From NCBI GenBank assembly GCA_964234715.1, contig OZ174275.1: 64,000 bases of DNA. One strand, 5' to 3'. A program made the translations under genes and the position numbers. This DNA is from Podarcis melisellensis (lineage: Eukaryota). Positions 38,190-51,260 of the stretch are shown here, in pieces (the first letter of the stretch is position 1; each line of letters opens with the position of its first letter). Under the pieces are notes generated by a model. The model had not been told where the DNA came from. It saw only the letters and a list, made by a program, of their open reading frames with translations, and searched no databases.

Positions 38190-39504
38190 CTCTAGAGTAT
38201 AGCCAAGAAGTGCAGCTTGGGATTATTTCTGCTGTTATTTTGCATGGTCTAAAGGTGCATGAAGATAGGCAGTTTAGGGTCTGGTGAAGATGGGAGGCTG
38301 TCTGCAAATTGTATGTAGATTGCATTCAGTATTGTTACAGAACAAAGTGGGATAGAAATGTACTAAATAATAAATTGACAATTTGTTAACAGCTGCACAA
38401 TCTGCAATACCAGAAAAAAATTAAAATCTATCCAAACGCCTATAGAATGTGCAAGAGTTCAGAAAAATGATGATATGCTAATAACAGTCAAATTAATACA
38501 GCAAATCAGGACTCAACCGGAAGACAGAAATCTCATTGTTTTATAGCAAAATCATGGCCAGTAATAAAAATATTTGGAAATGAAACCTGTGAAATGGGAC
38601 AAGCCAAAAAAATATAAAACTCAGAAGACATTGCTTTCTGGGTTTTTAATGCTACTAGGTAGGGGGAGGGTAATTCTAACTGTAATTCTAACTATCCTTT
38701 CTTCTTCAGAAGGAATTGTTTTCTGAAAGCTTGATAAAACAATGTTACAAAAAGAGAAGCTGACAGACGGGCAGCAAGGTTTCTCTGCAGACATCTGCCC
38801 AGTGCCATCTCTGTACCTCCCTGTGGTCTGGATCACTGAAATGGATAAAGCAATGTCCTCTGGATGAAGACCTCCCTGTGACATTTTGCAGTTGCCCTAC
38901 TCCTACAGTCAAGTAAGTTTTAGGAGAGGGAATAGTGGTAGAGGAAAGGAAAGAAGCCTGGAGGTAGTAGGAGGATTAAACCTCAAAGCAAAGCAAGCCT
39001 GCCTGTTCTGAATTTGGATCTGGCTCCTTCTGGATCAGCGATTTAATCAAATTGGATGGTCAATTAAGATTTGTTTGACTGGATGTTAGCCTTATTTATT
39101 GACAGATGTTATGTGCGTCTTAATATAAAAATAAATCCCTATGCAGTTTTCATGCTTAGTTTATGCTACAACCCACCTTAGGTCCTTAGGTTAGTTATAA
39201 CAAAGTCTAAGTGAAAGCAATGCAACCAGAGTCCATTTCACCGAAATTGTTCCATTAGGTGTAATGTAGCCTAATCACATTTGTTTTCATGGGAAAGACA
39301 AATTTGCTGACCAGCATTGTTTAATTGTGGGTGTTTATATTTTAATATTTGTGCAACTGCTTTTTATTCTTTGGAAACTGCTTAAAAGCCTATTTTGGCA
39401 CTAAGCTGTATATCACTGAATAAACAACAACAATTTACAGTGAAATCCTACAGATAACTTTACTGGAAGCAATATCAGTAAGTTCAATGGGACATTCTCC
39501 TTGT

Positions 39505-39597
39505 TAAATGTGTACAGGATTGCAGCATAAGGCAACCTCCACTGAAAACAATTTGACTACTTCCGAGTAGATAGTTAGCTGTTAGCCATTATTAGCT
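39505..39597 (+). repeat. 93-bp dispersed direct repeat, copy 2
   Basis: 90/93 identical to 37753-37845. Confidence 0.9.
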
Positions 39598-40070
39598 TTA
39601 GCTGAATTGTGGTTACTGCATGGGCATTTTACATAATTTAAATTTACTACTTTAATCTAATTTCACACTTGAAAATTCAAATGTCATCACAGAAAATCTC
39701 TTCATATCTGATCTAAAGCAATTAAAATAAAACTCATTTATATAAATATTTTATATACTGATTTTTAATAAATGTTCTGTCAATCAGTGCATTTATCAAT
39801 TAAAACACTTCGACAAAAGAGTGCCGACCATCGAATGAGACATTTGCACAAATGAAGGACAATTCCAGTTGCAGGGGACAAACAATTCAGAGCTGTATTC
39901 CAGGTACATTCCCCAATGCAGCATCACGTTACCCATGATGGTTACTAGACCCTTGGATGTGACAATTCAGTGTCTGGAGGACACTCTTGCCCACCACTGT
40001 ACAAGAGTCCACAGTTCTTTGAATCCAAACTAGATTTTTATGGACAGTTCACAGTTTGCCATTTTTTCAC

Positions 40071-40747
40071 TTGTTGGCATCCATCTGTCTCAAGTGACAA
40101 TGGACTGCCTCCAGAGGTGAATCGCTGCATTAGTAGCCCCAAACGCCTCTGGAACACGAGCCTGGGAAGAGCGTATGGAAGCCTGGACGATGAGACCCCC
40201 CTCTCAGCCTTGCTGATCTGGTCCAAAGGAAAGCAGAGCAATACTTTGACACCAGCTTGGCTGAAGGACTTGCCAGAAGGAGGTGTACAAGGCACCATCC
40301 AAGCATCTTAGGGACTCCATTCCAGATTTGTGTAGGGTTTGCTCCTTCGCCTTTACTTCTCCCAAATATATCCTGCAAAGCAGGGGAGGTTTAGGATCAG
40401 AGTCTTCCTTCTCTTAGATGGGTTACCTTCCCAGGTTGCTAAGCCCCATCTGCCCCTCGCTTCCCTCTACAGCACATGCAAAAACCACCTTCTTAACCAT
40501 TCAACTCACTACTGGTTTCATCTGCACAATCTGCCAGAGCCTGTTTAACATGCAGGGGAAGTCCCTAACTCACCAAGGCTTTGGGACCCATCGGCTACTC
40601 GTACCTGGTTTAGCCTGTCAGTTGAAGCCATTCCCAGGATGTGGTTGTTGTCACATGATGACAGCTTCTAGGAGCCACAGTTGAGAGCTGAGTACAGGGT
40701 AAGGACCAACTACCTCAGAAGGAGCATAATGTGTTCCCCACTACCAA
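40071..40747 (-). mobile_element. non-autonomous RTE-derived retroposon (5' UTR-like region fused to an RTE 3' tail)
   Basis: Minus strand has RTE-5'UTR-like motifs (gcaacctgggaaggtaacccatctaagagaaggaagactctgatcctaaacc) and ends gacagatggatgccaacaa; no RT ORF. Confidence 0.55.
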
Positions 40748-40772
40748 GTGATTAATTAATGCTTAGTAATTA

Positions 40773-41096
40773 GGTGGCGCTGTGGTGTAAACCACTGAGC
40801 CTTGGACTTGCTGATCGGAAGGTCAGCGGTTCGAATCCCAGAGACGGGGTGAGCTCCCGTTGTTCGGTCCCAGCTCCTGCCAACCTAGCAGTTCAAAGCA
40901 CGTCAAAGTGCAAGTTTCAAACAGCGTTTCCGTGTGCTGCTCTGGTTTCGCCAGAAGCGGCTTAGTCATGCTGGCCACATGACCCGGAAATCTGTATGTG
41001 GACAAACGTTGGCTCCCTCAGCCAGTAAAGTGAGATGAGTGCCACAACCCCAGAGTCGTTCGCTGCTGGACTTAACTGTCAGGGGTCCTTTACCTT
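40773..41096 (+). mobile_element. Sauria SINE
   Basis: ggtggcgctgtgg (A box), ggttcgaatccc (B box), body ttagtcatgctggccacatgacccggaa, tail gggtcctttaccttt. Confidence 0.92.
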
Positions 41097-43464
41097 TTTT
41101 TTTTATTCTAAAGTTCTACACTTAATAGTTCTTTATACAACCTCATATTTAATATAACACTGATACCTAAAGGACATCTTCCTCCTCCCCCCACCACTGG
41201 TGATCACCCCAGCCTGCTCCACAGCATCTCCCAATCCTTTGGAGTAGATGTGGCGACTGCAAAGGAGAGGAGGAGAAGGGAAAGTGCTGTTCCATGAGTG
41301 GAAGCCTGTTCTACTAGCAAACACAATTGGATGCAAGCCTACAGAATAAATCCCACTATTTGTATTAGGACACAACCTCACATTGACCACTTTTCTTACA
41401 GATCACAACACAGTAGGGATATGTTTATCATGTTGATATGCAATAGTTAAAATCGATGCTTAATGTGAAATTTATGTTGCAATTTAATTAAATTATAGTG
41501 TTTTATTTTATTGTATGGGGTGTCAAATGTTGCTGTACACAGCTCTGGAATGAGACTTGCTGAAATGTTTGTATAGAAATGTTCCGAATGCATGAGGTGG
41601 GGAGTTGTTTAGGGTTATTTGTTGGAGTGGGGTTGTTGCTGTTAATGTTATTAATTTTTTGCATCTTCATTTTAGAGCTTATTATGACTTACGTGGAAAT
41701 TAATTTAGATTGGTTGTGTACTTTGTGATAGTTCATTTATTGTTTATGACTATTGTACTTTTGTTATGTTTGTAATTATTTCTTTTTTCATGTTGTAAAC
41801 CACCTTGAGTATGGTTTTAACTATGGAAAGGTGCCATACAAATAAATTATGTTTCTTTCTCTGTTCCAAGATTTTATCTTGCTCATAAGGACCTTATCTG
41901 ACATAACTTTTAAATCTGTTGTCATTTTATAAACCCTGTATTACTGTAAGTGATATATCCTGAAATGTTGGTAAAGCTTTGGAAACTTCAGGTTGTCCAT
42001 ATTTATAATGAAGTGTTTTAGGATGGGTTTGTATATTAGGGAAATAAACTCCACAATGCAAGTCTATATGGAGAAAACAATTACCAAACAACTAGTCTAC
42101 ATCTGAAATACTGCAAGGAGCAGGAGGCAACCAATAAATGAATGAATGACTAAAGCACAAAACAGAAACCTATTAATACAACAGTCCTATAGCAAAATCT
42201 GCCAGGCTGAGCAGGTTAGGATCCAACAGATCTCTGGCTGAGCTGGGAGATTTGTGGCCCAGCTCCCTTATCCTCAGCTCAGCCAAAAATCTGGCAGTGT
42301 ATCTCTCCTATCCCAGTTCAGCCAGGACCCAGCTGTCTAAGCCAAGTCTGGTAGATCTTAAGATGACATAGAAATAAGGATGTTGTTGGAGCATGGTGTG
42401 GGTGGGACTAGAGAGAGGGGTATTAGGATGGATCCTATCCCTCTTGTGACATAAGTAAAACTGGCAAAAGGTGGTGTAACTCAAACACTATTTTAAAGGC
42501 TTATTTCCCCTCCTCTAGGCTTAGGCTGACTCAGCCAACCATAACCCTTCTGCTGAGCCGAGTCTGAATCGGATGCAACTTTATACCAGCTTAATCTACT
42601 CCAGCTTGCTTTACGCCAGCTTCCTGTTTGTAGGATTGCTCCTAAATTATGCAAATCTTGTGTTAATTTGTCTGCCGCCAGTAACAGTGGTGCACTGCTG
42701 ATTTAGCAGCGTTAATTCATCAGGCTTATTCCGTTACACTGTACATCTTATCTTTGGCGCTTATTTCTTAGTACATCAAGTTTCATAATTGCACTGTATA
42801 AGTTATGATATAAAGGCAGAAGATTGTTTTGCAATCAAACAATGATCATTCAAAATCAGATATGGATATATAAATCTGTATTTATCCAAATAGATAAGGA
42901 CACACGGAAACGCACACACACACATGCAAACTAACTTAACTATTAGTCGTTTACCAGCTGTATACATGCTAGTAGTCATATCCAGGAAATGTAGTACTCA
43001 TAGCTACCAACGACAGGTTATTGCAATGGGAACTGAACAAGACATGGGATGGAGTTTTGCAAGCATTTCCCCACCACTAGGTACATTTTCTGCATGCATT
43101 AGCCTATTGCATCTGATACAGATGACACATGTATAGACCTATTTCTGAGCATAAACTGCAGCAACTGGACTATTGTTAAATTTATTCATGAAATAAAGGA
43201 ATATTCATCCACGGTGAAAAAGTTAAAAGAAAAAGAAAAACTTGTCTTACTATAAGATATATTAAAACCCAAACTATATTACATTTTCTTGCTTAGGCCA
43301 ATATCTGCCTATAATGACTTTCTGCAATACACTTGTAACATTGTCTAGTCACTAACAAATTCAGATACTGTTAGGCAAGGGACAAAGCCAAATGAGTGAA
43401 AAAGCAAAAGGACTCAACTTCAATTTAACTGTCCTGTAAGGTACATACTAATTAGCTTCAAAGC

Positions 43465-43627
43465 NNNNNNNNNNNNNNNNNNNNNNNNNNNNNNNNNNNN
43501 NNNNNNNNNNNNNNNNNNNNNNNNNNNNNNNNNNNNNNNNNNNNNNNNNNNNNNNNNNNNNNNNNNNNNNNNNNNNNNNNNNNNNNNNNNNNNNNNNNNN
43601 NNNNNNNNNNNNNNNNNNNNNNNNNNN
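43465..43627. other. assembly gap
   Basis: run of N. Confidence 1.
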
Positions 43628-44759
43628 GTGCAATATACTTTGCCTAGGTTTTTCTGGGTTTAAGTACTTGTTTACTGCAATATACAGAAGCATACCTAAG
43701 AGATTTAATAAAGTCCTAGAGGTTTATTTATTTCCCTTTTAACTTCAAGAGCACAATTCCCAAGTATGAAAACAACATATATCTGCCCCCAATTTCAAAG
43801 GTATTTCATTCAAACAGAAGTGTAAGTTTTCAACACATGTTTAACTTCTGAATAGAGGGACAGCACTAACGCCACGAGCCAGGAGAAAGACTCACACAGA
43901 TTTCAACATACTTCTGGTAGGTAGATTCACAGTAGATTCCGTCATATCTGTAGATTTTCCTACATTCTGATTGGTTGGGCAGAGGATGCTGGACAGTTAT
44001 TCTGTAGAGGTATCAAAAACAGATATACATGACTAGAGATTCTCTACAGTCAACTGTAATGCAGGACAATTAGTATTTTGAAAGGTACTGTTATTATATG
44101 TTACATCTATCTCATCTTGTTACATCAACTACATTATAGCTATATATATATCTACATATATATATCTACATTATAGGACAAGTTCCACTTCTGGAATGTA
44201 GCTCTGAAAGTAAACTAAAATATAATTCTGTGTAAGAGAAAATTTATCTTCTCCTCAAAATAGAGACAAAATAAGACACACATAACCCCCCCCCCTCTTT
44301 GGAGTAATTAAACTTTAATGCTCCCCCCCCCCAAAAAAAATAAAGAACATCACACTTAACTAGCAAAAACTGTCTTTACATCTGTTAAGGATTCCAATCT
44401 GTGCCCATGGATGTTCAGAATGATTGAGAACTTTTAAACCTCTGCCTACTCCAGTTCCCCTTGGTGACAGAAACTGGACTGTCACAGGACTGGGGCTTAC
44501 CACATAATTTTATAATCTAGAATTAAGCATTACATTCAGTGCTATTTTTATGTTAAGGAATACAACAAATTGCATGGAATATTCATTTTAGATTTTAACC
44601 TTTTTTGGAATAAAATTCTTTTTTTGTGATATTGCATAAAACCTAAGTAATTAACCTGCAATCTGAGTAATCCCCTTTCATTCCTAATGGGCTACTCTTA
44701 ATATGCCCATCAGAGGAGAAATCAGCTCAGAAGATTGCCTGTTACCAAAATATTTATTC

Positions 44760-44762
<3 letters not shown>

Positions 44763-44813
<51 letters not shown>
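44763..44813. repeat. (TAA)17 microsatellite forming the L2 tail
   Basis: direct reading; abuts the L2 3' end. Confidence 0.95.
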
Positions 44814-44814
<1 letters not shown>

Positions 44815-45280
44815 TTATTATTTATACCCTGCCCATCTGGCTGGGTTTCCCCAGCCACTCTGGGCGGCTTCCAAAAGAATATTAAAATACTGTGATACAT
44901 CAAACATTAAAAGCTTCCCTAAACAGGGCTGCCTTCAGATGTCTTCTAAAAGTCTGGTAGTGGTTGTTCTCTTTGACATCTGGTGGGAAGGCGTTCCACA
45001 GGGAGGGCGCCTGGTTCCCTGTAACTTGGCCTCTCGCAGTGAGTACTGGGAGCCAATGTAGATCTTTCAAGACCGGTGTTATACGGTCTCGGCGGCCGCT
45101 CCCAGTCACCAGTCTGGCTGCTGCGTTCTGGATTAGTTGTAGTTTCCGGGTCACCTTCAAAGGTAGCCCCACGTAGAGCGCATTGCAGTAGTCCAAGCAG
45201 GAGATAACCAGAGCATGCACCACTCTGGCGAGACAGTCCGCAGGCAGATAGGGTCTCAGCCTGCGTACCAGATGGAGCTG

Positions 45281-47185
45281 CTACACAGCTGCCCTGGACA
45301 CGGATTTAACCTGTGCCTCCATGGACAGCTGTGAGTCCAAGATGACTCCCAGGCTGCGCACCTGGTCCTTCAGGGGCACAGTTACCCCATTCAGGACCAG
45401 GGAATCCTCCACACCTGCCCGCCTCCTGTCCCCCAGAAACAGTACTTCTGTCTTGTCAGGATTCAATCTCAACCTGTTAGCCGCCATCCATCCTCCAACC
45501 ACCTCCAGACACTCACACAGGACCGTCACCACCTTCACTGGTTCTGATTTGAAAGAGAGGTAGAGCTGGGTATCATCCGCATACTGATGAACACCCAGCC
45601 CAAACCTCCTGATGATCTCTCCCAGCGGCTGCATGTAAATGTTGAAAAGCATGGGGGAGAGGACAGAACCCTGAGGCACCCCACAAGTGAGAGCCCAGGG
45701 GTCTGAACACTCCCCCACCACCACTTTCTGAACACGGCCCAGGAGGAAGGAGCGGAACCACTGTAGGACAGTGCCCCCAACTCCCAGCCCCTCAAGACGG
45801 TCCAGAAGGATGTTATGGTCGATGGTATCAAACGCCGCTGAGAGATCCAGCAGAACTAGGAAACAGCTCTCACCTTTGTCCCTAGCCCGCCGAAGATCAT
45901 CAACCAGTGCGACCAAGGCAGTTTCAGTCCCATGGTGAGGCCTGAATCCCGACTGGAAGGGATCCAAATGGTCCGCTTCTTCCAGGTGTGCCTGGAGTTG
46001 TTCAGCAACCACTCGCTCAATCACCTTGCCCAAGAATGGAAGATTTGAGACTGGGCGATAGTTGGCCATCGTGGCTGCATCTAAAGATGCTTTTTTAAGA
46101 AGCGGTTTAATAACCGCCTCTTTCAGCGGGTCTGGGAAGGCTCCCTCATGGAGGGAAGCATTCACCACCCCACGAAGCCCATCGCCCAGCCCTTCCCGGC
46201 TAGCTTTTATAAGCCAGGATGGGCAAGGATCAAGGAGACAGGTGGTTGGTTTCACGCGTCCAAGCAGCCTGTCCACATCCTCGGAGGTAACAGATTGGAA
46301 TTGATCCCACGCAATTTGACTAGACAGGACTCTAGCACTCTCCCGCCCCGCCCCTGCTCCCACGGTGGCGTCTACCTCTTCCCGAATCTGAGCGATTTTA
46401 TCTGCAAAAAACTTTGCAAAATCATTGCAGGAGATCATGTGGCCCGTACTGGGCCCCGATGTAGCAGGTGGTTCTGCTAAATTGCAGACCACCTGAAAAA
46501 GTCTCCTGCTGCTGTTTTCTGCAGATGCAATAGAGGCGGTGAAGAAAGTCTTCTTCGCCGTCGCTACTGCCACTTGGTAGTCTGGACATTGAGCTCTAAC
46601 CTGTGTCCGGTCAGATTCAGAATGGGTCATCTGCCACCGGCGCTCTAGCCGTCTCAACGATTGTTTCATTGCCCTCAGATCCGTGGAAAACCACTGGGCT
46701 GTCCGGGCTCCATGCAATCGGAGAGGGCGCTTCGGAGCCAGACAGTCGATAGCCCTGGTTAACTCCACATTCCAGCGGGCCACCAGGGAATCAGCTGAAA
46801 GGCCATCAACATGGGATAAAGCATCCCCTACCACTCTCTGGAAACCATTTGGATCCATTAAGTGGCGGGGGCGGACCATCCGAATTGGTCCCACCTCCCT
46901 GCAGAGGGGAAGGGTCGCGGAGAAGTCAAGTTGCACCAGGTCTGACCATGGCACTTCTTTCATTTCGCTTTTACTTAGTGTCAGATCACAAACATCCATA
47001 GAGGTAAACACCAGGTCCAAGGTATGTCCATGGCTATGGGTTGGGCCAAACTTATTCAGGGACAGCCCCATGGAGGCCATGCTTTCCACGAAGTCCCGAG
47101 CGGCCCCTTGTAAGGTCGTGTCCGCATGGATATTAAAATCCCCTAGGACAACCAAACTAGGTGTCTCCACGAGAACATCCGCCAC
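45281..47185 (-). pseudogene. 634-aa open segment of L2 ORF2
   Basis: ORF track; ends SRAAV* where the copy at 63571 reads SRAAVYQLHL. Confidence 0.9.
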
Positions 47186-48462
47186 GACCTGAAGCAGCTC
47201 AGGCAGGTGCAGCGGGGAGCTCGGTACACCAAAAGAAATCCTGTACTGCCCCTATTGCCCAACTTCCAGAACATGCACTCAGAGAACTGGGTCTTCCCAA
47301 TAGGGCGCCTGGTGCAAACTAATGACTTCCTAAAAATCACTGCAACCCCCCCTCCCCGCCCACAAGGCCTGGGTTGCTGTGCGTAAGAGAAACCTGGTGG
47401 ACAAGCAGCGGCAAGGACAGGCCCATCTGCTTCATCCAACCAAGTCTCTGTTACACATGCCAGGTCAAGTCCTCCATTCATGATCAAGTCATGGATGGCA
47501 GTGGTCTTATGAATCTGGCATTGCACAGCAGCACCTTCAGGTCATGTGGGTATCCCTTACTAATTCTAGTATCCGTCCGGTCAGGACCAGACCCGGAGGC
47601 AGAGATAGTCCTCAGACAACGACTAAACCTGCGTCCTCTGTAATGACATGGTCTGGTCTTAGCGTAACTCCTCCTCCTACCCGTGATCACTGAGATCGGT
47701 TGTCCTGTTAGCTAATGTTTCCAGCCTTAACCTTTATAAAGCACTGTACCTAGATAGCTCAACAAAACCGCTTTTTATATGTATTTATTTTAATAGTAAA
47801 ATGTGTGACCTGGGTTTCCTAACAACTGTCACATGATTTACTCTAGATGATGGAACTATTATGGAAATGGCAACTATTCTGAATTCAATTTCTATGTATT
47901 TTCCTAAAGTTATAACAATGGTCTTATTTCTTTCCCTCTTTTATCCATCTTTCTTTATAAAACTACAATAATAAAATAAACTGCCACCTACAAAAGCAAT
48001 AGTCTACAGTGATTCATCCACATGAAATTATTGTGCAACTGCTTGGGAATGATAATGCATAGCACTAAAATTAACAAAGAAACTGCACTACTCTAATTTG
48101 TCAAAAAGTGTTTATTCTCAACATGCTATGGATCATGCAAGTATACTGCAGAATTTAATCAATGAAGAAATCACACCTTGAACCTTCTAAACTTAGTTTT
48201 TAAATAGTACCTGCTTTGTATGCCTCTACAATGTCTTATTTGAAGACATTATTTAAGTACACCAGGCGAATCCATTAGCATGGAACCCATAGCACTAATC
48301 ACTTTTGCTATAATCCCATACCTACCTACCTCGGCATGAGCTCAACTGAAAGCAATGAGATTTACATCTGAGTAAACATGTACAGGACTTCTGTGTTTGA
48401 TATTTAATAGACACATAAACTATAGCTCTGTATTATAAATTATGAACCAACACCTGATAATT

Positions 48463-48655
48463 AGGGGAAGGGTCATAGCTTGGTAGTAAAGAATACACTT
48501 TGCATGTAGAAGGTCTCAGATTTAATCCCCAGCATCTCTAGATAGGGTTGGGAAAGATCCCTGCCTGAAACCCTGGATCACTGCTGCCTGTCAGTGTAGA
48601 CCATGCTGATCTAGTTGGACCAGCTTCTGACTTGGTATAAGGCAGCTTCCTATGA
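48463..48655 (+). mobile_element. tRNA-derived SINE
   Basis: ggggaagggtcatagcttggtagta (A-box-like), ttgcatgtagaaggtctcagatttaatcccc (tRNA-Ala-like), tail cttggtataaggcagcttcctatg. Confidence 0.7.
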
Positions 48656-48679
48656 TTCAATCATAATATACAGATTTTT

Positions 48680-49640
48680 AGCTGGTTGACTGACCCAACC
48701 TAAAGAATGCTCACTAATGGTTCGTCATCCTGGACAAAATGATAGCTGGGGTGCTGCAGGATTCTGTCCCACGTCTGTTGTTGTTCAACATCTTTATAAA
48801 CAGCTTAGATGAAGGAATTGAGGGGATGTTCGTCAAATTTGCAGATGGCACCAAGCTGGGATTCAAGATGACCTTAACAGATTGGATAACTGGGCCAAAA
48901 CTAACAAAATGAATTTGAATAGGGACTAATGTAAGCTTCTAAACTTAGGCAGGAAGAACCAGCTGCCCCAATATAAGATGGGGGACACCTGGCTTGCCAG
49001 TAGTACATGTGAAAAGGACCTAGGGGACTTTATGGACCACAACTTAACCATGAGTCAACAAGTGTTATGCAGCAGCAAAAAATGGCTAATGCTATTCTGG
49101 GCTGCATCAATAGATATCCCGATCAAGGGAAGTAATAGTACTGCTTGGTCAGTACTTGGTCAGTACTTGGTCAGACCACACCTGGTGTCCAGCTCTGGGC
49201 ACCACTATTTAAGAAGGGTATTGACACGCTGGAAAGTGTGCAGAGGAGGGCAACCAAGATGATCAAGGGTCTGCAAACCTAACCTTATGACGAACGGTTG
49301 TGGGAGTTGGGTATGTTTAGCCTTGGAAAGAGGAGACAGAGAGGACATATGATAGCTAACTTCAGATATCTAAAGGCCTGTCACATGGAGGATGGAACAA
49401 GCCTGTTTTCTCTTGTTCTGGAGGACTTGAACCAATGGATTCAAGTTACAAGAAAGGAGATTCCAACTAAACATCAAGAAGAACTTTCTGACAGTAAGAG
49501 CTGTTCAGCAGTGTAACAGACTCCCTCAGAAGGTGGTTTGCTCTCCTCCAATTAAGGTTTTCAAGCAGAGGCATGAATGCTATAGTTGAGATTCCTGCAT
49601 TGCAGGGTGTTGGACTAGATGACCCTCAGTGTCCCTTCCA
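48680..49640 (+). mobile_element. older degraded CR1 LINE 3' part
   Basis: [38 protein letters not shown]; 3' UTR; many indels. Confidence 0.9.
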
Positions 49641-49660
49641 ACTCCACATTCTATAAGTCT

Positions 49661-49885
49661 AAGTTACAAAAAAGGAGATTTCAACTAAACATCGGGAAGA
49701 ACTTTCTGTGCTCAAGAATGGAACAGACTCCCATGAAAGGTGGTGGCCTCTCGTTTCTTGGAGGTTTTTAAGCAGAGGTTGGGTGGTCATCTGTCATGTA
49801 TGATCTAGCTGAGATTCCTGCATTGCAAGAGGTTGTACTAGCTGGCCCTTGGGATCTCTTCCAACTCTACAATTGTATGATTTTA
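49661..49885 (+). mobile_element. second CR1 3' end in tandem
   Basis: Repeats the 49443-49650 segment (aagttacaa.aaaggagatt.caactaaacatc...ccaactc) with divergence. Confidence 0.85.
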
Positions 49886-50825
49886 GGTGCCAGAAATTAA
49901 GAATTATCTAGTAGATGGATTTCAATCAATCCTGTAACCAGACAAATCACAGTGAATCCAGTCAGATAGCAGGTAATCAGCAAGGGGGTTGCTGGTTAGG
50001 AATAATAACCTTTCCCATGTATGCTCTTTCTTCGGAACCATATTGCAGAAACCCTACCCAAATTAATTTTGATCACTCGTTCTTTAACACATTATGTTGA
50101 CAGGGAGGGTTGATCTCATATGTTCCATATAAAAACTGATTTTGCTCAAGATCAAACTGTATATTGGCTATTTACTCTGGGTACTGTATATTCCTGTTCC
50201 ATTTTATGCTTTAAAATTGATTTCTTGTATATATTTTCTCAGAATTGAAAATTAAAGAACTGAATAGCATTCGAGCCTAATCAATTCTCACTGGTTAACT
50301 GAAATCACTTTCCACTCGGTTTTGAAATGTTTGTAGAATGAAAATCCTAATTCTCACATAACATTTTTGGCACAACCAACCCCACTGTTGCTTCGCTTGT
50401 GACAGCAAGAGGTTAATGTTTTTAAAATGTACTATGGAAGAATACAGATGCAGTCCCTCCCTACAAAATGCTAGCAGCGTAACTCAACACCCTGTTAGAA
50501 TCTAACGAATAAAACCCCACTTAATATTTGTATCTCCCTTGCTATAAGTGTTATATTTTCAATAGAAAAAAATCCAGCCCATTCTATGACCTGCTTCTCT
50601 TTTTAAAAAAATATATGCTTTTACCGAAAAGTTTCAGAAGCAGCTTTCAAATACAGCTAGATTTCTCCTCCCACTTTGACATGTCACTTCAACTCAAGAT
50701 GGACTCATCATATAACTCAAGGTGGAACTTTAAGTGAATTTACATACATGTGAAACATGTAAAGCTATGACTAATTTTAACTCACAGGGCAGAATTTAAA
50801 TAATTAGTTACAAGAAGTCAAACTA

Positions 50826-51260
50826 NNNNNNNNNNNNNNNNNNNNNNNNNNNNNNNNNNNNNNNNNNNNNNNNNNNNNNNNNNNNNNNNNNNNNNNNNNN
50901 NNNNNNNNNNNNNNNNNNNNNNNNNNNNNNNNNNNNNNNNNNNNNNNNNNNNNNNNNNNNNNNNNNNNNNNNNNNNNNNNNNNNNNNNNNNNNNNNNNNN
51001 NNNNNNNNNNNNNNNNNNNNNNNNNNNNNNNNNNNNNNNNNNNNNNNNNNNNNNNNNNNNNNNNNNNNNNNNNNNNNNNNNNNNNNNNNNNNNNNNNNNN
51101 NNNNNNNNNNNNNNNNNNNNNNNNNNNNNNNNNNNNNNNNNNNNNNNNNNNNNNNNNNNNNNNNNNNNNNNNNNNNNNNNNNNNNNNNNNNNNNNNNNNN
51201 NNNNNNNNNNNNNNNNNNNNNNNNNNNNNNNNNNNNNNNNNNNNNNNNNNNNNNNNNNNN
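50826..51260. other. assembly gap
   Basis: run of N. Confidence 1.

Larger units (their letters stand above)
44763..47700 (-). mobile_element. L2 LINE with near-complete but disrupted ORF2 (APE endonuclease + RT) and 3' UTR
   Basis: LKVLLCNAR, DLACVTETWL, RGGGVAV, VLGDFNIH, GHTLDLVF (APE); NYRPVSNLPFLGK, LLDLSAAFDTIDH, GVPQGSVLSP, QYADDTQLY (RT); frameshifts at ~47510 and ~47190, premature stop at 45281. Confidence 0.97.

Noticed and set aside
40600-40747. Possible HDV-like ribozyme (UCC loop, GGCUAA segment)
   Set aside because: Could not find a valid P1 helix or the GG for P1.1 in this copy
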